In this document: piece after piece, positions 18,634 to 27,791 of the stretch | Position numbering within the stretch: position 1 is the first letter of the stretch | How the letters are laid out: every line of letters starts with the position of its first letter | Assembly: GCA_040830765.1 (NCBI GenBank) | Contig: JBFOMH010000017.1 | Coordinates: 313,542-377,541 of the forward strand | Length of the DNA: 64,000 bases | From: Puniceicoccaceae bacterium | GTDB taxonomy: Bacteria; Verrucomicrobiota; Verrucomicrobiia; Opitutales; Oceanipulchritudinaceae | Reading direction: 5' to 3' | Notes under the pieces: generated by a model | What the model was told of the DNA's origin: nothing | The model's database searches: none | The model's input: the letters and a program-made list of their open reading frames with translations, nothing else | Program-made: the position numbers and the translations under genes

Positions 18634-21189
18634 TCAATTTGGACTAACCGTCAGGCGCAGGCGCTTGTCTGTGTTGAGCACCTCCCGGGCAAATGCAGCC
18701 ACATCCTCGGCATTGACCGCCTCCAGCCTGTCCTCGTAGTCCAACCAGTCCATGACGGGTTTCTTGAAGAGGGCATTCAGTGCCACAATTGAGGCCCGTG
18801 TACCCGGGCTCTGCAGTGAGAAGCGCTTGCTGACTTTCATCCGGGTTTTGGCCGCCTGCAGTTCCTCATCGGAAACATGGCCTCCGCGAATGCGGTCCAT
18901 TTCGCGGTCAAAGCACTCGAAGACATCCGAGGCGGTGGAAGGGTGTGTTCCCGCGTAAAGATAGAAGCAGCCATGCTCCAGTCCCAGCAGGCGGGATGCT
19001 CCGACGTAATAGGCCAGCGATCGTTCCTCACGGACGGCGGTGAACAGCGGTCCTGACATGTCGGACAGCAATTCATTGAGCAGGTCCCCAACCAGGGATG
19101 TCTCCGGCTTCACGCCGACGTCCGGATAGGCCTCAAAAACAACCGATTGCTCCCGGTCCATGGTCTCATGGATTTCGCCGAGGGTCGCCGGCCCTGGGAA
19201 GCCGGGGGGGCTCCCTTCAGGCAGGGAATCCGGCAGTTGAAGGAGCAATTGCTCCAGCTCTGGGATGATGACGTCGGGATCGAAATCCCCGGTGACAACA
19301 ATGACCGCATTGGGGCCGACAAGAAGATTGTCCCTCAGGGCCCGGAGATCAGATGCCGTGATGCATTCCGCAGTCGCAATTTGACCGCAGGGGTGGTCTG
19401 CAAAGGGGTGCTCTCCAAAGAAGCGCTGGCGGAGGAGCAGCTTGCCATAATCGAGGATTTCGTCCTCCAAAGATTTCAGGTGGGCCACTTGGGCATCGCG
19501 TTCACGATTGATCGTATCCTCATTAAAGGCCGGATGCAGGAGGGCATTGCGCAAGGCATCCATGCCCTTGTCGATGCTTTGTGGCATGACCTCGACTGCG
19601 AGGGCGAAGGTGTTGTTGCCGGAGGTGTCGGAAACAAAGCAGCCTTCTGTCTCCAGTTCGTCGGCGATTTCAAAAGCGGTCTTGAACTCAGTGTCCCGGT
19701 TGAGGACGGTAGCGAGTAGGGAAGTGGCTCCCCGGACGGACTCGGGTTCGTGCGAAGGCCCGCCGAGGCCAGCGAAACGAATCCATGCCCGGGGCAGGCT
19801 GGCATCCTTCTGCCAGTAGATACGGGCTCCGTTTGAGAGCGTCTTTTCTGAAAAGGCGGGAAGCTCTTTCTCAGCCATGCTGCCGGAGTACGCTGCGCGC
19901 CCTGAATCAGGAAGAAGAGTCGCTACGGAGAGTTTGATCGTGTGGAACGTGTCAGTAGCCAATTGCCTCAGGTCTTCCGTTGTCAGCGCGTGAATCTTCT
20001 CAAAATACCGCTTCGGATAATGCAAATCCCCGACAAGGGCAGCGACCAGACCCAACCGCGAGGCCATCCCGGAGGAGGTTTGGCGTGAATGAATCTCACT
20101 CACGAAAGCAAAATTACGGGCCTTGTCCAATTCAGCCTGGCTGAAGCCGGTAGTGGCCAGTTCACGGCAGGTCTCGAGAATGGCCGCCTCAGCTGCCTCG
20201 GCCTTGTCGCCGTCGCAACTGTACTGGATGAAAAACAGGCCGGGATTGGCCGGATTCCAGGTGGAGGCGGAAATGCCGTGAACCAGATGCAGTTCCTCAC
20301 GCAGCTTTTGCCGCAGGCGGCCGCTGTGACCGGAACCGATGATCGCCGCCAGGATGTCAAGACCGGGCGAATCCACATTCCGCATCGAAGGCACCTTGAA
20401 TCCCATCAGGCCGCGCCCAATCCGGTAGTCGCCATAGAGGCGTGATTCCCGGAAGGCTAGCTGGGTTTCTTCCTGGGGAACAACGACCGGAGCCAGGCAT
20501 CCCCGGGGAAATCTGGAAAAGGTTGCCTCCAGCTCCTTCAGCAAGGTCTTCTTTTCAAAGCACCCGGCGACCGTAACAACCATGTTCTCCGGCTGGTAGC
20601 GGGAATTGTAATAGGCCTCGAGAACGGAGCGGTCAACCTGCTCAAAAAGCGGTCGCAGCCCAATGACCGGATACTTGAAAGGGTGCTGGTTGTAAGCAGT
20701 GGTGAAGAGGCTCCTTCCGAGGATCCGGTCAGGATCATCCAGGGTCATGTCGATCTCCCGCAAGATGACATCCCTTTCTCTGGCCACTTCCTCTTCCGGC
20801 AAGGAAGCGTTCAGGACCTGGTCCGAGAGCAGTTCGAGGATCTGCCCCAAGGCTTCCGATGGACCGTCGATGTAGTAGACGGTACGATCAAAGGCGGTGT
20901 AGGCATTGATGTTTCCTCCAAGCGCCTGCACTTCGGAAGCCAGTTGCCCGGGCCCCCGCTTGTGGGTGCCCTTGAAAAGCATATGCTCCAGAAAATGGGA
21001 GAGTCCCGACCCGAGATGATCCCCCTCATGGATACTTCCGCTTTTGATCCAGACCTGGACGCTGATCACCGGATGGGCGGATTGTTGCTGGAAGATGACC
21101 TTGAGGCCGTTGTCGAGGACGACCGTCTCGGGTGATTTGGCGAAAAGCGATTCCAGCGAAGGGGGTAAACCGGAGTTGTGGGAAGTCAT
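18634..21189 (-). CDS. M16 family zinc metallopeptidase (fused two-half pitrilysin type)
   Basis: HFLEHMLFKGT inverted zinc motif, NAYT; second half lacks HxxEH and carries the R..LAY motif. Confidence 0.92.
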   Translation of the reverse strand: MTSHNSGLPPSLESLFAKSPETVVLDNGLKVIFQQQSAHPVISVQVWIKSGSIHEGDHLGSGLSHFLEHMLFKGTHKRGPGQLASEVQALGGNINAYTAFDRTVYYIDGPSEALGQILELLSDQVLNASLPEEEVARERDVILREIDMTLDDPDRILGRSLFTTAYNQHPFKYPVIGLRPLFEQVDRSVLEAYYNSRYQPENMVVTVAGCFEKKTLLKELEATFSRFPRGCLAPVVVPQEETQLAFRESRLYGDYRIGRGLMGFKVPSMRNVDSPGLDILAAIIGSGHSGRLRQKLREELHLVHGISASTWNPANPGLFFIQYSCDGDKAEAAEAAILETCRELATTGFSQAELDKARNFAFVSEIHSRQTSSGMASRLGLVAALVGDLHYPKRYFEKIHALTTEDLRQLATDTFHTIKLSVATLLPDSGRAAYSGSMAEKELPAFSEKTLSNGARIYWQKDASLPRAWIRFAGLGGPSHEPESVRGATSLLATVLNRDTEFKTAFEIADELETEGCFVSDTSGNNTFALAVEVMPQSIDKGMDALRNALLHPAFNEDTINRERDAQVAHLKSLEDEILDYGKLLLRQRFFGEHPFADHPCGQIATAECITASDLRALRDNLLVGPNAVIVVTGDFDPDVIIPELEQLLLQLPDSLPEGSPPGFPGPATLGEIHETMDREQSVVFEAYPDVGVKPETSLVGDLLNELLSDMSGPLFTAVREERSLAYYVGASRLLGLEHGCFYLYAGTHPSTASDVFECFDREMDRIRGGHVSDEELQAAKTRMKVSKRFSLQSPGTRASIVALNALFKKPVMDWLDYEDRLEAVNAEDVAAFAREVLNTDKRLRLTVSPN

Positions 21190-21194
21190 TTCTT

Positions 21195-21626
21195 TCAGCT
21201 TTGGTCCTGAAGGCTGGCCGCAATCTCGGGGAAACTGGTCTTACTGGGCCGGAACGGGGTCTCGAACACATCCTCGAAGTTGTAGACTTGGTTAAAGTCC
21301 TCGATGGAGTCCGTGTCCGTCTTTCCGAAGATGCCGAACTCGACCAGGTTGAAAACAATTTGCCCGAAGTCCTCGGTCTGGTTGATGCCCCAAGATTCAA
21401 GAAGCATCCGGGCCATCGGGCCGTACTGCTCAAGGGCAAAATCGCGAATGCCTTCGCAGAGTTCCTGGCCGCTGACGTGGCGATGGTTGCCGGACTTTTC
21501 GCGCTCCTTGATTCCCGTCAGGGTATGGTCAAGCGCTTGCCGCATAAAAACATAGGCCCCGGCGTCGTAGCGGGGGTCGTCCTTGCGGATCAATTGAACA
21601 ACTTCATGGAAGTTTTTTCCCGACAT
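21195..21626 (-). CDS. PVC-conserved hypothetical protein (Minf_1886-like)
   Basis: DPRY..AY.F...AL, HVSGQELC, A...YG.MA, WGI..TEDFG.IVFNLV pattern. Confidence 0.7.
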   Translation of the reverse strand: MSGKNFHEVVQLIRKDDPRYDAGAYVFMRQALDHTLTGIKEREKSGNHRHVSGQELCEGIRDFALEQYGPMARMLLESWGINQTEDFGQIVFNLVEFGIFGKTDTDSIEDFNQVYNFEDVFETPFRPSKTSFPEIAASLQDQS

Positions 21627-21690
21627 GCTCCTTAATGAATTCCTTCACTCTTCCAATGCAAACGGAAATGTGAATCTTGCCGGCCGGATC

Positions 21691-24246
21691 TCAAAACAGC
21701 TCCAGCTGGGGGAAATCCTCGCCAGGCTTGGCCTTTTTACGGGCCTTCATCCGCTGGCGAAGGATGTTGTGGCTGGAATCGTCATCTTCCAGGCGGCTGA
21801 GGATGACCTTGGCCCGGTTGATGACCGTGTCCGGCAAGCCGGCCAGCCGCGCCACTTGGATTCCGTAGGAGCGGTCTGCGGCCCCGCGCTGAACCTGGCG
21901 AACGAAGATGATGGCATCGTTCCACTCCTTGACCGCGACACAGAAGTTCCGCACCCGGGACAATTCGCCTTCAATCTGGGTCAGCTCGTGATAGTGGGTG
22001 GCAAAGAGGGTGCGCGGTCCTTTCTCACCCGTCCCGTGGAGGTGTTCGACGACCGCCCAGGCGATGCTGAGACCATCGTAGGTGCTCGTTCCCCGGCCAA
22101 TCTCGTCAAGAATGATGAGGCTGCGGTCGGTGGCGTTGTTGAGGATGTTGGCAGTCTCGTTCATCTCCACCATGAAGGTGGAATTACCCTGGGCCAGCTC
22201 GTCGCTGGCTCCAACGCGCGAGAAGATCTTGTCCACGAGGCCGATGCGGCACCTGTTTGCAGGGACCCATGAACCGACCTGGGCCATCAGGGTGATGAGA
22301 GCGACCTGGCGGATGTAGGTGCTCTTACCGGCCATATTGGGACCGGTGATAATGGCCATCTGGGCCTCTTCAGAACTGAGGAAGGTGTCGTTGGGGACAA
22401 AATCATGTTCGCCCGGCATCCCCTGCAGGCGCTGTTCCCGCATCATCTGCTCCACAACCGGATGCCGGCCACCTTCGACTTCGATGGTGTTGCTGCTGTC
22501 CAGTTCCGGGCAGGTGTAGTTCCATTCACGGGCAATCTGGGCCCAGCCGACAAAGAGGTCGATTTCCGCCAGGCAATGGGCGGTCTGCTCAAGAGCGTCC
22601 GCCTGAGCAAGGATTTCACCAACAAGTTCCAGGAACAGCTGTTCCTCCCGGGCAATGGCCTTTTCCTCGGCGCTGAGGATCTCCCGTTCTTTTTCCTTGA
22701 GGTCCGGGGTGTAGAAGCGTTCCGCATTGGTCATGGTCTGCTTGCGGATGTAGTCATCCGGGACATTGGCCAGATTGGATTTCCGGACCTCGATGAAATA
22801 CCCGAAGGCGTTGTTGAATTTGACCTTCAGGGACTTGATCCCGGTGCGCTCAATCTCCGTTGCCTCGAAGGCGGCAATCCATTCGCGGGAATTACGGGTC
22901 AGGCCGCGGAGCCGGTCCAGTTCCTCATCAAAGCCGTCGGCAATGAACCCTCCCTCCTGAATCTGGTTGGGGAGGTTGTCGTTGAGGGCGCGATCAAGCA
23001 GATCCAGCAACTCGGGAAACAGGAGAAGATTCTGGCCAAGGTCGTTCAGTGAGGGGCTTTCGAAGGACTCGATGACCGAGCGGATGTGCGGAAGCTGGTG
23101 CAGGGTCTGCCGGATCGCTCCTGGTTCGCGGGGATTGCGGAGGCCGTTGCGGAGACGCCCGATAATCCGCGGCAAGTCGCGGACCCCCCGCAAGTATTCC
23201 TGCAACTCGGAGGCCAGCCCCGGGGCACTTAGGAATTCACCCACGGAGCGCTGACGACGCTGTAACTCCCCAAGGTCCAGTGGCGGCTCGGTGAGGCTGT
23301 GCTCGAGCAGGCGGGCTCCAGGCGCCGTGGTTGTCTTGTCCATCGCATGCAGCAGGGATCCTTTACGGACGCCCTGGCTGGAGCGAAAAATCTCGAGATT
23401 ACGCAGGGTCGCTGGATCAATCTGCAAGGTATCGCTGGAGCGGTATTCACGGATACGTCGGACATTCTCGGGCTGGGCACAGAGATTCTCCGTGGCATAG
23501 GCGAGGAGGGCCCCCGCTGGCCCAAGGCCCGGATGATCCACCGGGATGCCAAAGCCGTCGAGATTCATGACCCCAAGGGTCTGCATGACGACCTTGGCCC
23601 CTTCTCGAGGATCGAATTGCCATGGCATGAGGGTGGAATGGGTCCGACCCTCGATGAGGCGGCTGATTTCGTCGGACCAGCCTTCCAGTTCGTCATCCGC
23701 CCGCCACTTTTCCAGCGCTTCCTCGGGGAGGATGATTTCGCGGGGATCGAGGGCATGGAAGACGTTGATCAAATTGCTGAAGCCCGGGCTGGCGGCGATC
23801 TGGAACTCCCCGGTGGTAAGGTCCAGCCAGGCCGCGGCGAGGCCGGACTTGCCCCAGTTGCAGGCGAGTAGGAACTGGTTGCGACCGGCCTCGATGTGGT
23901 GATCCTCAAGGGTTGTTCCGGGCGTCAGGATGCGGGTCAGGGAGCGTTTGACGAGCTGGCCCGGCTTGGGGGCCTCCATTTGCTCGCAAATGGCCACCTT
24001 CTTACCGGCCTTGAGGCACTTCTGGATGTAGGCGTCGGCGGCGTGGTAAGGAATGCCGGCCATCGGTTGGCCATTCCGCTGGGTTAAGGTGATGCCGAGG
24101 ATGTCCGACCCCATGCGGGCGTCCTCATCGAACATCTCGTAAAAGTCACCGAGACGGAAGAGCAGCAGGGTGTTGGTGGGCAATTTTGCCTTCACCTCCA
24201 TATACTGCTGCATCATGGGGGTTAACTTTCGGGAAGAGGACGACAT
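21691..24246 (-). CDS. mutS: DNA mismatch repair protein MutS
   Basis: TPMMQQY, GDFYE, TGPNMAGKST, DEIGRGT, FATHYHE; start trimmed to ATG 24246. Confidence 0.97.
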   Translation of the reverse strand: MSSSSRKLTPMMQQYMEVKAKLPTNTLLLFRLGDFYEMFDEDARMGSDILGITLTQRNGQPMAGIPYHAADAYIQKCLKAGKKVAICEQMEAPKPGQLVKRSLTRILTPGTTLEDHHIEAGRNQFLLACNWGKSGLAAAWLDLTTGEFQIAASPGFSNLINVFHALDPREIILPEEALEKWRADDELEGWSDEISRLIEGRTHSTLMPWQFDPREGAKVVMQTLGVMNLDGFGIPVDHPGLGPAGALLAYATENLCAQPENVRRIREYRSSDTLQIDPATLRNLEIFRSSQGVRKGSLLHAMDKTTTAPGARLLEHSLTEPPLDLGELQRRQRSVGEFLSAPGLASELQEYLRGVRDLPRIIGRLRNGLRNPREPGAIRQTLHQLPHIRSVIESFESPSLNDLGQNLLLFPELLDLLDRALNDNLPNQIQEGGFIADGFDEELDRLRGLTRNSREWIAAFEATEIERTGIKSLKVKFNNAFGYFIEVRKSNLANVPDDYIRKQTMTNAERFYTPDLKEKEREILSAEEKAIAREEQLFLELVGEILAQADALEQTAHCLAEIDLFVGWAQIAREWNYTCPELDSSNTIEVEGGRHPVVEQMMREQRLQGMPGEHDFVPNDTFLSSEEAQMAIITGPNMAGKSTYIRQVALITLMAQVGSWVPANRCRIGLVDKIFSRVGASDELAQGNSTFMVEMNETANILNNATDRSLIILDEIGRGTSTYDGLSIAWAVVEHLHGTGEKGPRTLFATHYHELTQIEGELSRVRNFCVAVKEWNDAIIFVRQVQRGAADRSYGIQVARLAGLPDTVINRAKVILSRLEDDDSSHNILRQRMKARKKAKPGEDFPQLELF

Positions 24247-24354
24247 CCGGAACAGGCAGTCTTCAGGAAGGCTGGACAGAATCAATGAAAATTCCTGCCT
24301 CAAGAGTGGGAATTTAGGTTGTGCGGGGGCACCGGAACGCTTGAGACTTGGAGA

Positions 24355-25149
24355 ATGCAGACTGTGGAGCTTAAGCATCGCTTCCTGGGAGGAGAGGCTG
24401 ATCAATCAGCACTTGTCCTCTTGCACGGCTTGCTGGGTTCCGCGCGCAACTGGCAAACGGCCGGTCGCGCCCTTGCCGATTCCCACAGGGTCTTTGTGCC
24501 GGATTTGCGCAACCATGGGGAAAGCCAGCATGCCCAGGAAATGGACTATTCTAACCTGGCTGCGGACGTGCTCGCCTGGATGGACCGGGAGGGAATCGGC
24601 AAAGCCAATATCGTTGGCCACAGCATGGGAGGGAAGGTGGCGATGTATCTGGCTTGCCGCTACAAGGAACGCTTCTCCTCCCTGACGGTTGTCGATATCG
24701 CCTGCCGGGCCTATCCGCCCCGATGGGAGAAGGAGTTCGCGGTCATGCAGGCGATGCCGGTAAAATCTTTCAGCCGCCGTCTGGAAGCCGAGGAATGGCT
24801 GGAGAAGGACATCCGTGATTGGGCCTTCCGGAAATTCCTGGTCAGCAACCTGGACCGGGACCCTGAGGGTGGATTCCGCTGGATTGTTAACCTCGATATC
24901 CTCGAGGCGGCTTTGCCCAACCTCTTCCGGCAGGTACCGTCCGATGACCAGTCGTGGGAGGGGCCCGTCCTCTTCCTGCGCGGTGAGCAATCCCGCTTTT
25001 TCCTCGATGAGGATCTGGCGATGGCGCGGCGGTTTTTCCCTGCGGCAACCTTGCAAACGATTGCCGATGCGGGGCATAATGTGCATTTCGACCAGCCTGC
25101 GGCCTTTGTGAAAGCCGTCCTGGAGCACGTTGGGAAGGCGGAAGGATGA
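24355..25149 (+). CDS. Alpha/beta hydrolase (YbfF-like esterase)
   Basis: LHGLLGS, DLRNHG, GHSMGG nucleophile, AGHNVH. Confidence 0.88.
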   Translation: MQTVELKHRFLGGEADQSALVLLHGLLGSARNWQTAGRALADSHRVFVPDLRNHGESQHAQEMDYSNLAADVLAWMDREGIGKANIVGHSMGGKVAMYLACRYKERFSSLTVVDIACRAYPPRWEKEFAVMQAMPVKSFSRRLEAEEWLEKDIRDWAFRKFLVSNLDRDPEGGFRWIVNLDILEAALPNLFRQVPSDDQSWEGPVLFLRGEQSRFFLDEDLAMARRFFPAATLQTIADAGHNVHFDQPAAFVKAVLEHVGKAEG

Positions 25150-26168
25150 TTATCGGCATCGAGAGTTCCTGTGATGAATCGGCCCTGGCCCTTTTTGATC
25201 CCGAGAGCGGATTCAAGGGCGAATGGGTCCATTCGCAGATCCTCAAACATCAGGCCTATGGCGGGATTGTCCCGGATTTGGCCAGCCGGGAACATCTCGA
25301 TAACTTCCCGATCCTGTTGAAGGAGCTGCTGCAAAAATATGAACCGGCTGAAGGAGACACCTTGGCGGTGACCTCCGGTCCGGGGCTGGCAGGATGCCTC
25401 GCCCTTGGCATGACCGTTTCCCGGAGTCTTTCGCTGGCCTATGGATTGGAAATCCTCGGCGTTAACCACCTGAGGGGACACGCCTTTTCACCCTTCATCG
25501 AATTGCATGCCGAAGATCCGCAAGCCTTCGGGGAGCGGTTCAAGGAGCAGTTGCCACACCTCGGGCTGATTGTCTCGGGGGGGAATACGGTGCTGTTCGG
25601 GATTGATGAGTCTGGTCACCTCTCAGTTCTGGCAAACACGGTTGATGATGCGGCTGGTGAAGCACTCGACAAGGGAGCCAAGCTGCTGGGGATGCCTTAC
25701 CCGGGCGGTCCCCTGATCGAGGAAAAGGCAAGTGGAGGCAATACCAGGGCCTTTGACTTTCCACGCGCCTTTCCAAGTTCCACCGATTCCCGCTTTTCCT
25801 TTTCCGGACTCAAGACCAGCCTGCGCTATCTGCTGGAGAAATTGGATGATGCCGAACTGGAAGAGAGCCTGTCCGACATTTGTGCCAGTTACCAGCAGGC
25901 AGTCGTGGATGCCCTTATCCGCAAGACCGGCCACTTGCTGAAGCGGGGCGGGTGGAGGAGCTTGGGGCTGTCCGGGGGAGTTGCCAATAATACCTGCCTC
26001 CGGGAAGCATTCCGGAAACTGGGCCACTCCCATCGTCTGCCGGTATATATTGCCCGGCCTGCCCATACCGGGGATAACGCCGCGATGATTGCCTTTGCGG
26101 CCTATATCGACCGAACGGGATGCCTTCACGATCCACCGGCCTTCGATCCATCTTGGGAACTTGCTTGA
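25146..26168 (+). CDS. tsaD: tRNA N6-adenosine threonylcarbamoyltransferase
   Basis: GIESSCDE, GGIVPDLASREH, NHLRGH, DDAAGEA.DK, FSFSGLKT, DNAAMIA. Confidence 0.93.
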   Translation: MIIGIESSCDESALALFDPESGFKGEWVHSQILKHQAYGGIVPDLASREHLDNFPILLKELLQKYEPAEGDTLAVTSGPGLAGCLALGMTVSRSLSLAYGLEILGVNHLRGHAFSPFIELHAEDPQAFGERFKEQLPHLGLIVSGGNTVLFGIDESGHLSVLANTVDDAAGEALDKGAKLLGMPYPGGPLIEEKASGGNTRAFDFPRAFPSSTDSRFSFSGLKTSLRYLLEKLDDAELEESLSDICASYQQAVVDALIRKTGHLLKRGGWRSLGLSGGVANNTCLREAFRKLGHSHRLPVYIARPAHTGDNAAMIAFAAYIDRTGCLHDPPAFDPSWELA

Positions 26169-26200
26169 TCGGGCATCTGATTTCACCAAGCTGAAACCCT

Positions 26201-26626
26201 ATGGGTCAGGACTTGGAAGAGGGCACCTCGCTGGAACTTGATTTTGACAAGCTGCGAAAGGTTGTCGCCACGGCACCGGATGTCATCCCGGCCGTTGCCC
26301 AGGATGTGGATTCCGGGCGGGTGCTGATCATCGGATATGTCAACGAGGAGGCATTGCAGACTGCCCTCGAGAAGAAGGTGGCCGTTTTCTGGAGTACCAG
26401 CCGTAATGCCTTGTGGATAAAGGGTGCAACCAGTGGGGACTTTCTGGAGTTGGTGGAGACGCGTGTGAATTGCGAACAGAACTCCATCCTTTACCGTGTC
26501 CGTCCCAAGGGAACGGGCGCCTGCCACACCCGCGATGAGTCAGGGAAAAGCCGTTCTTCCTGCTATTACCGGGTAATCGAGAACGGGCAGCTGCGGCATG
26601 TCCCCTATGCATCCAGTGAAAAGTGA
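26201..26626 (+). CDS. hisI: Phosphoribosyl-AMP cyclohydrolase
   Basis: FWSTSR..LW.KG.TSG, GACHT, SCYYR. Confidence 0.85.
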   Translation: MGQDLEEGTSLELDFDKLRKVVATAPDVIPAVAQDVDSGRVLIIGYVNEEALQTALEKKVAVFWSTSRNALWIKGATSGDFLELVETRVNCEQNSILYRVRPKGTGACHTRDESGKSRSSCYYRVIENGQLRHVPYASSEK

Positions 26627-26648
26627 GAAAGGTTCCAGGCGGTAGGGC

Positions 26649-27791
26649 ATGGGTTCCTCCGACAAGAAAAGTGGCCGGCAGCCCATAGACTGGGCGGATC
26701 CAGGCTATTTCTCCGGTGATTCCCGTGTCGGCAACACAGTCCGGGTGCTGGTGCAACTGATCCGTCCACCGAAGGGACACCGGACTTTGCCAACCCGCAC
26801 CGGGGGAATGCTGATCGCCGTGACCATTGGCGTCGGCACGGCCGCATTCAATACGGGACAAAATATTCTCTATCTCGCCCTCTCGATGCTGCTGAGCACG
26901 CTTCTGGTCAGTGGCATTCTCAGTTGGATGAATTTCAAGGGCTGCCGCTGGCGCTTGGAGACCGGTCGGCATTTCCGGGTTGGTGAGACCAGCCCGGTCT
27001 ATCTGGAGTTGGAAAACACCAAGAAGCGTCTGCCGAGCTACTCGCTGACATTCATGGTTGCTGCCAGCCGGAGCGGCTTGAGCGAGAACCTCTCCTTGCG
27101 GGAGCGCCTCGATCCCGGGAAGTCGATCCGCCTGCAATGGGATTTCAAGCCTGAGCGACGGGGCCGGGAAACTCTCAACCTGGTGGGACTGGTGTCGCGA
27201 TATCCCTTTGGGTTCTTGAAGAAGTCCATCAGCGACAGTTTTTCAAAGGACATCATTGTCTGGCCTGCCCGCTTAGCTTATCAATTCGGTGGAGACAAGT
27301 CCGGCCGTCGCTGGCTTTATGGCCAACACCGGAGACGGGGTGAAGGCGTCGACCTGGTTCATGTGCGCGGGTACCGCAGTGGAGACCCATTGAAGAAGAT
27401 CCACTGGAAAGCCTCCGCCCGGATGGGAAACCTGCAGGTCAGGGAAACGGAACAGGAGCATCATCAGGCCTTTAAATTATTCATCGATCCATCGCCCCAC
27501 CTGTGGAAAGAAGAAGCTGCATTCGAGCGCATGTGCGCCTTCGCGGCCAGTCTGGCGGAAGACCTTTACCAGCGGGACCAGCTGCGCTCCGGTCAGGTGG
27601 CCGGTTGCGAACCGGTCTCCGTCGGGGCCATCGAGGATTTGTACAGTTTCCTGGATGAGCTGGGAAGTTTGGAACGGAAACCAGTGGAAGGTGACCAGCG
27701 CCCGGCAGCAGGGACAGCAATCCAATTCATTCCCGGTCCGGCTGGGACGGTACTCGCAAAACTGGGGGAGGTAACCGTTGGCCAAGCTTGA
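26649..27791 (+). CDS. DUF58 domain membrane protein
   Basis: Two N-terminal TM segments, YPFGF, VRGYRSGD...IHWKASAR. Confidence 0.85.
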   Translation: MGSSDKKSGRQPIDWADPGYFSGDSRVGNTVRVLVQLIRPPKGHRTLPTRTGGMLIAVTIGVGTAAFNTGQNILYLALSMLLSTLLVSGILSWMNFKGCRWRLETGRHFRVGETSPVYLELENTKKRLPSYSLTFMVAASRSGLSENLSLRERLDPGKSIRLQWDFKPERRGRETLNLVGLVSRYPFGFLKKSISDSFSKDIIVWPARLAYQFGGDKSGRRWLYGQHRRRGEGVDLVHVRGYRSGDPLKKIHWKASARMGNLQVRETEQEHHQAFKLFIDPSPHLWKEEAAFERMCAFAASLAEDLYQRDQLRSGQVAGCEPVSVGAIEDLYSFLDELGSLERKPVEGDQRPAAGTAIQFIPGPAGTVLAKLGEVTVGQA

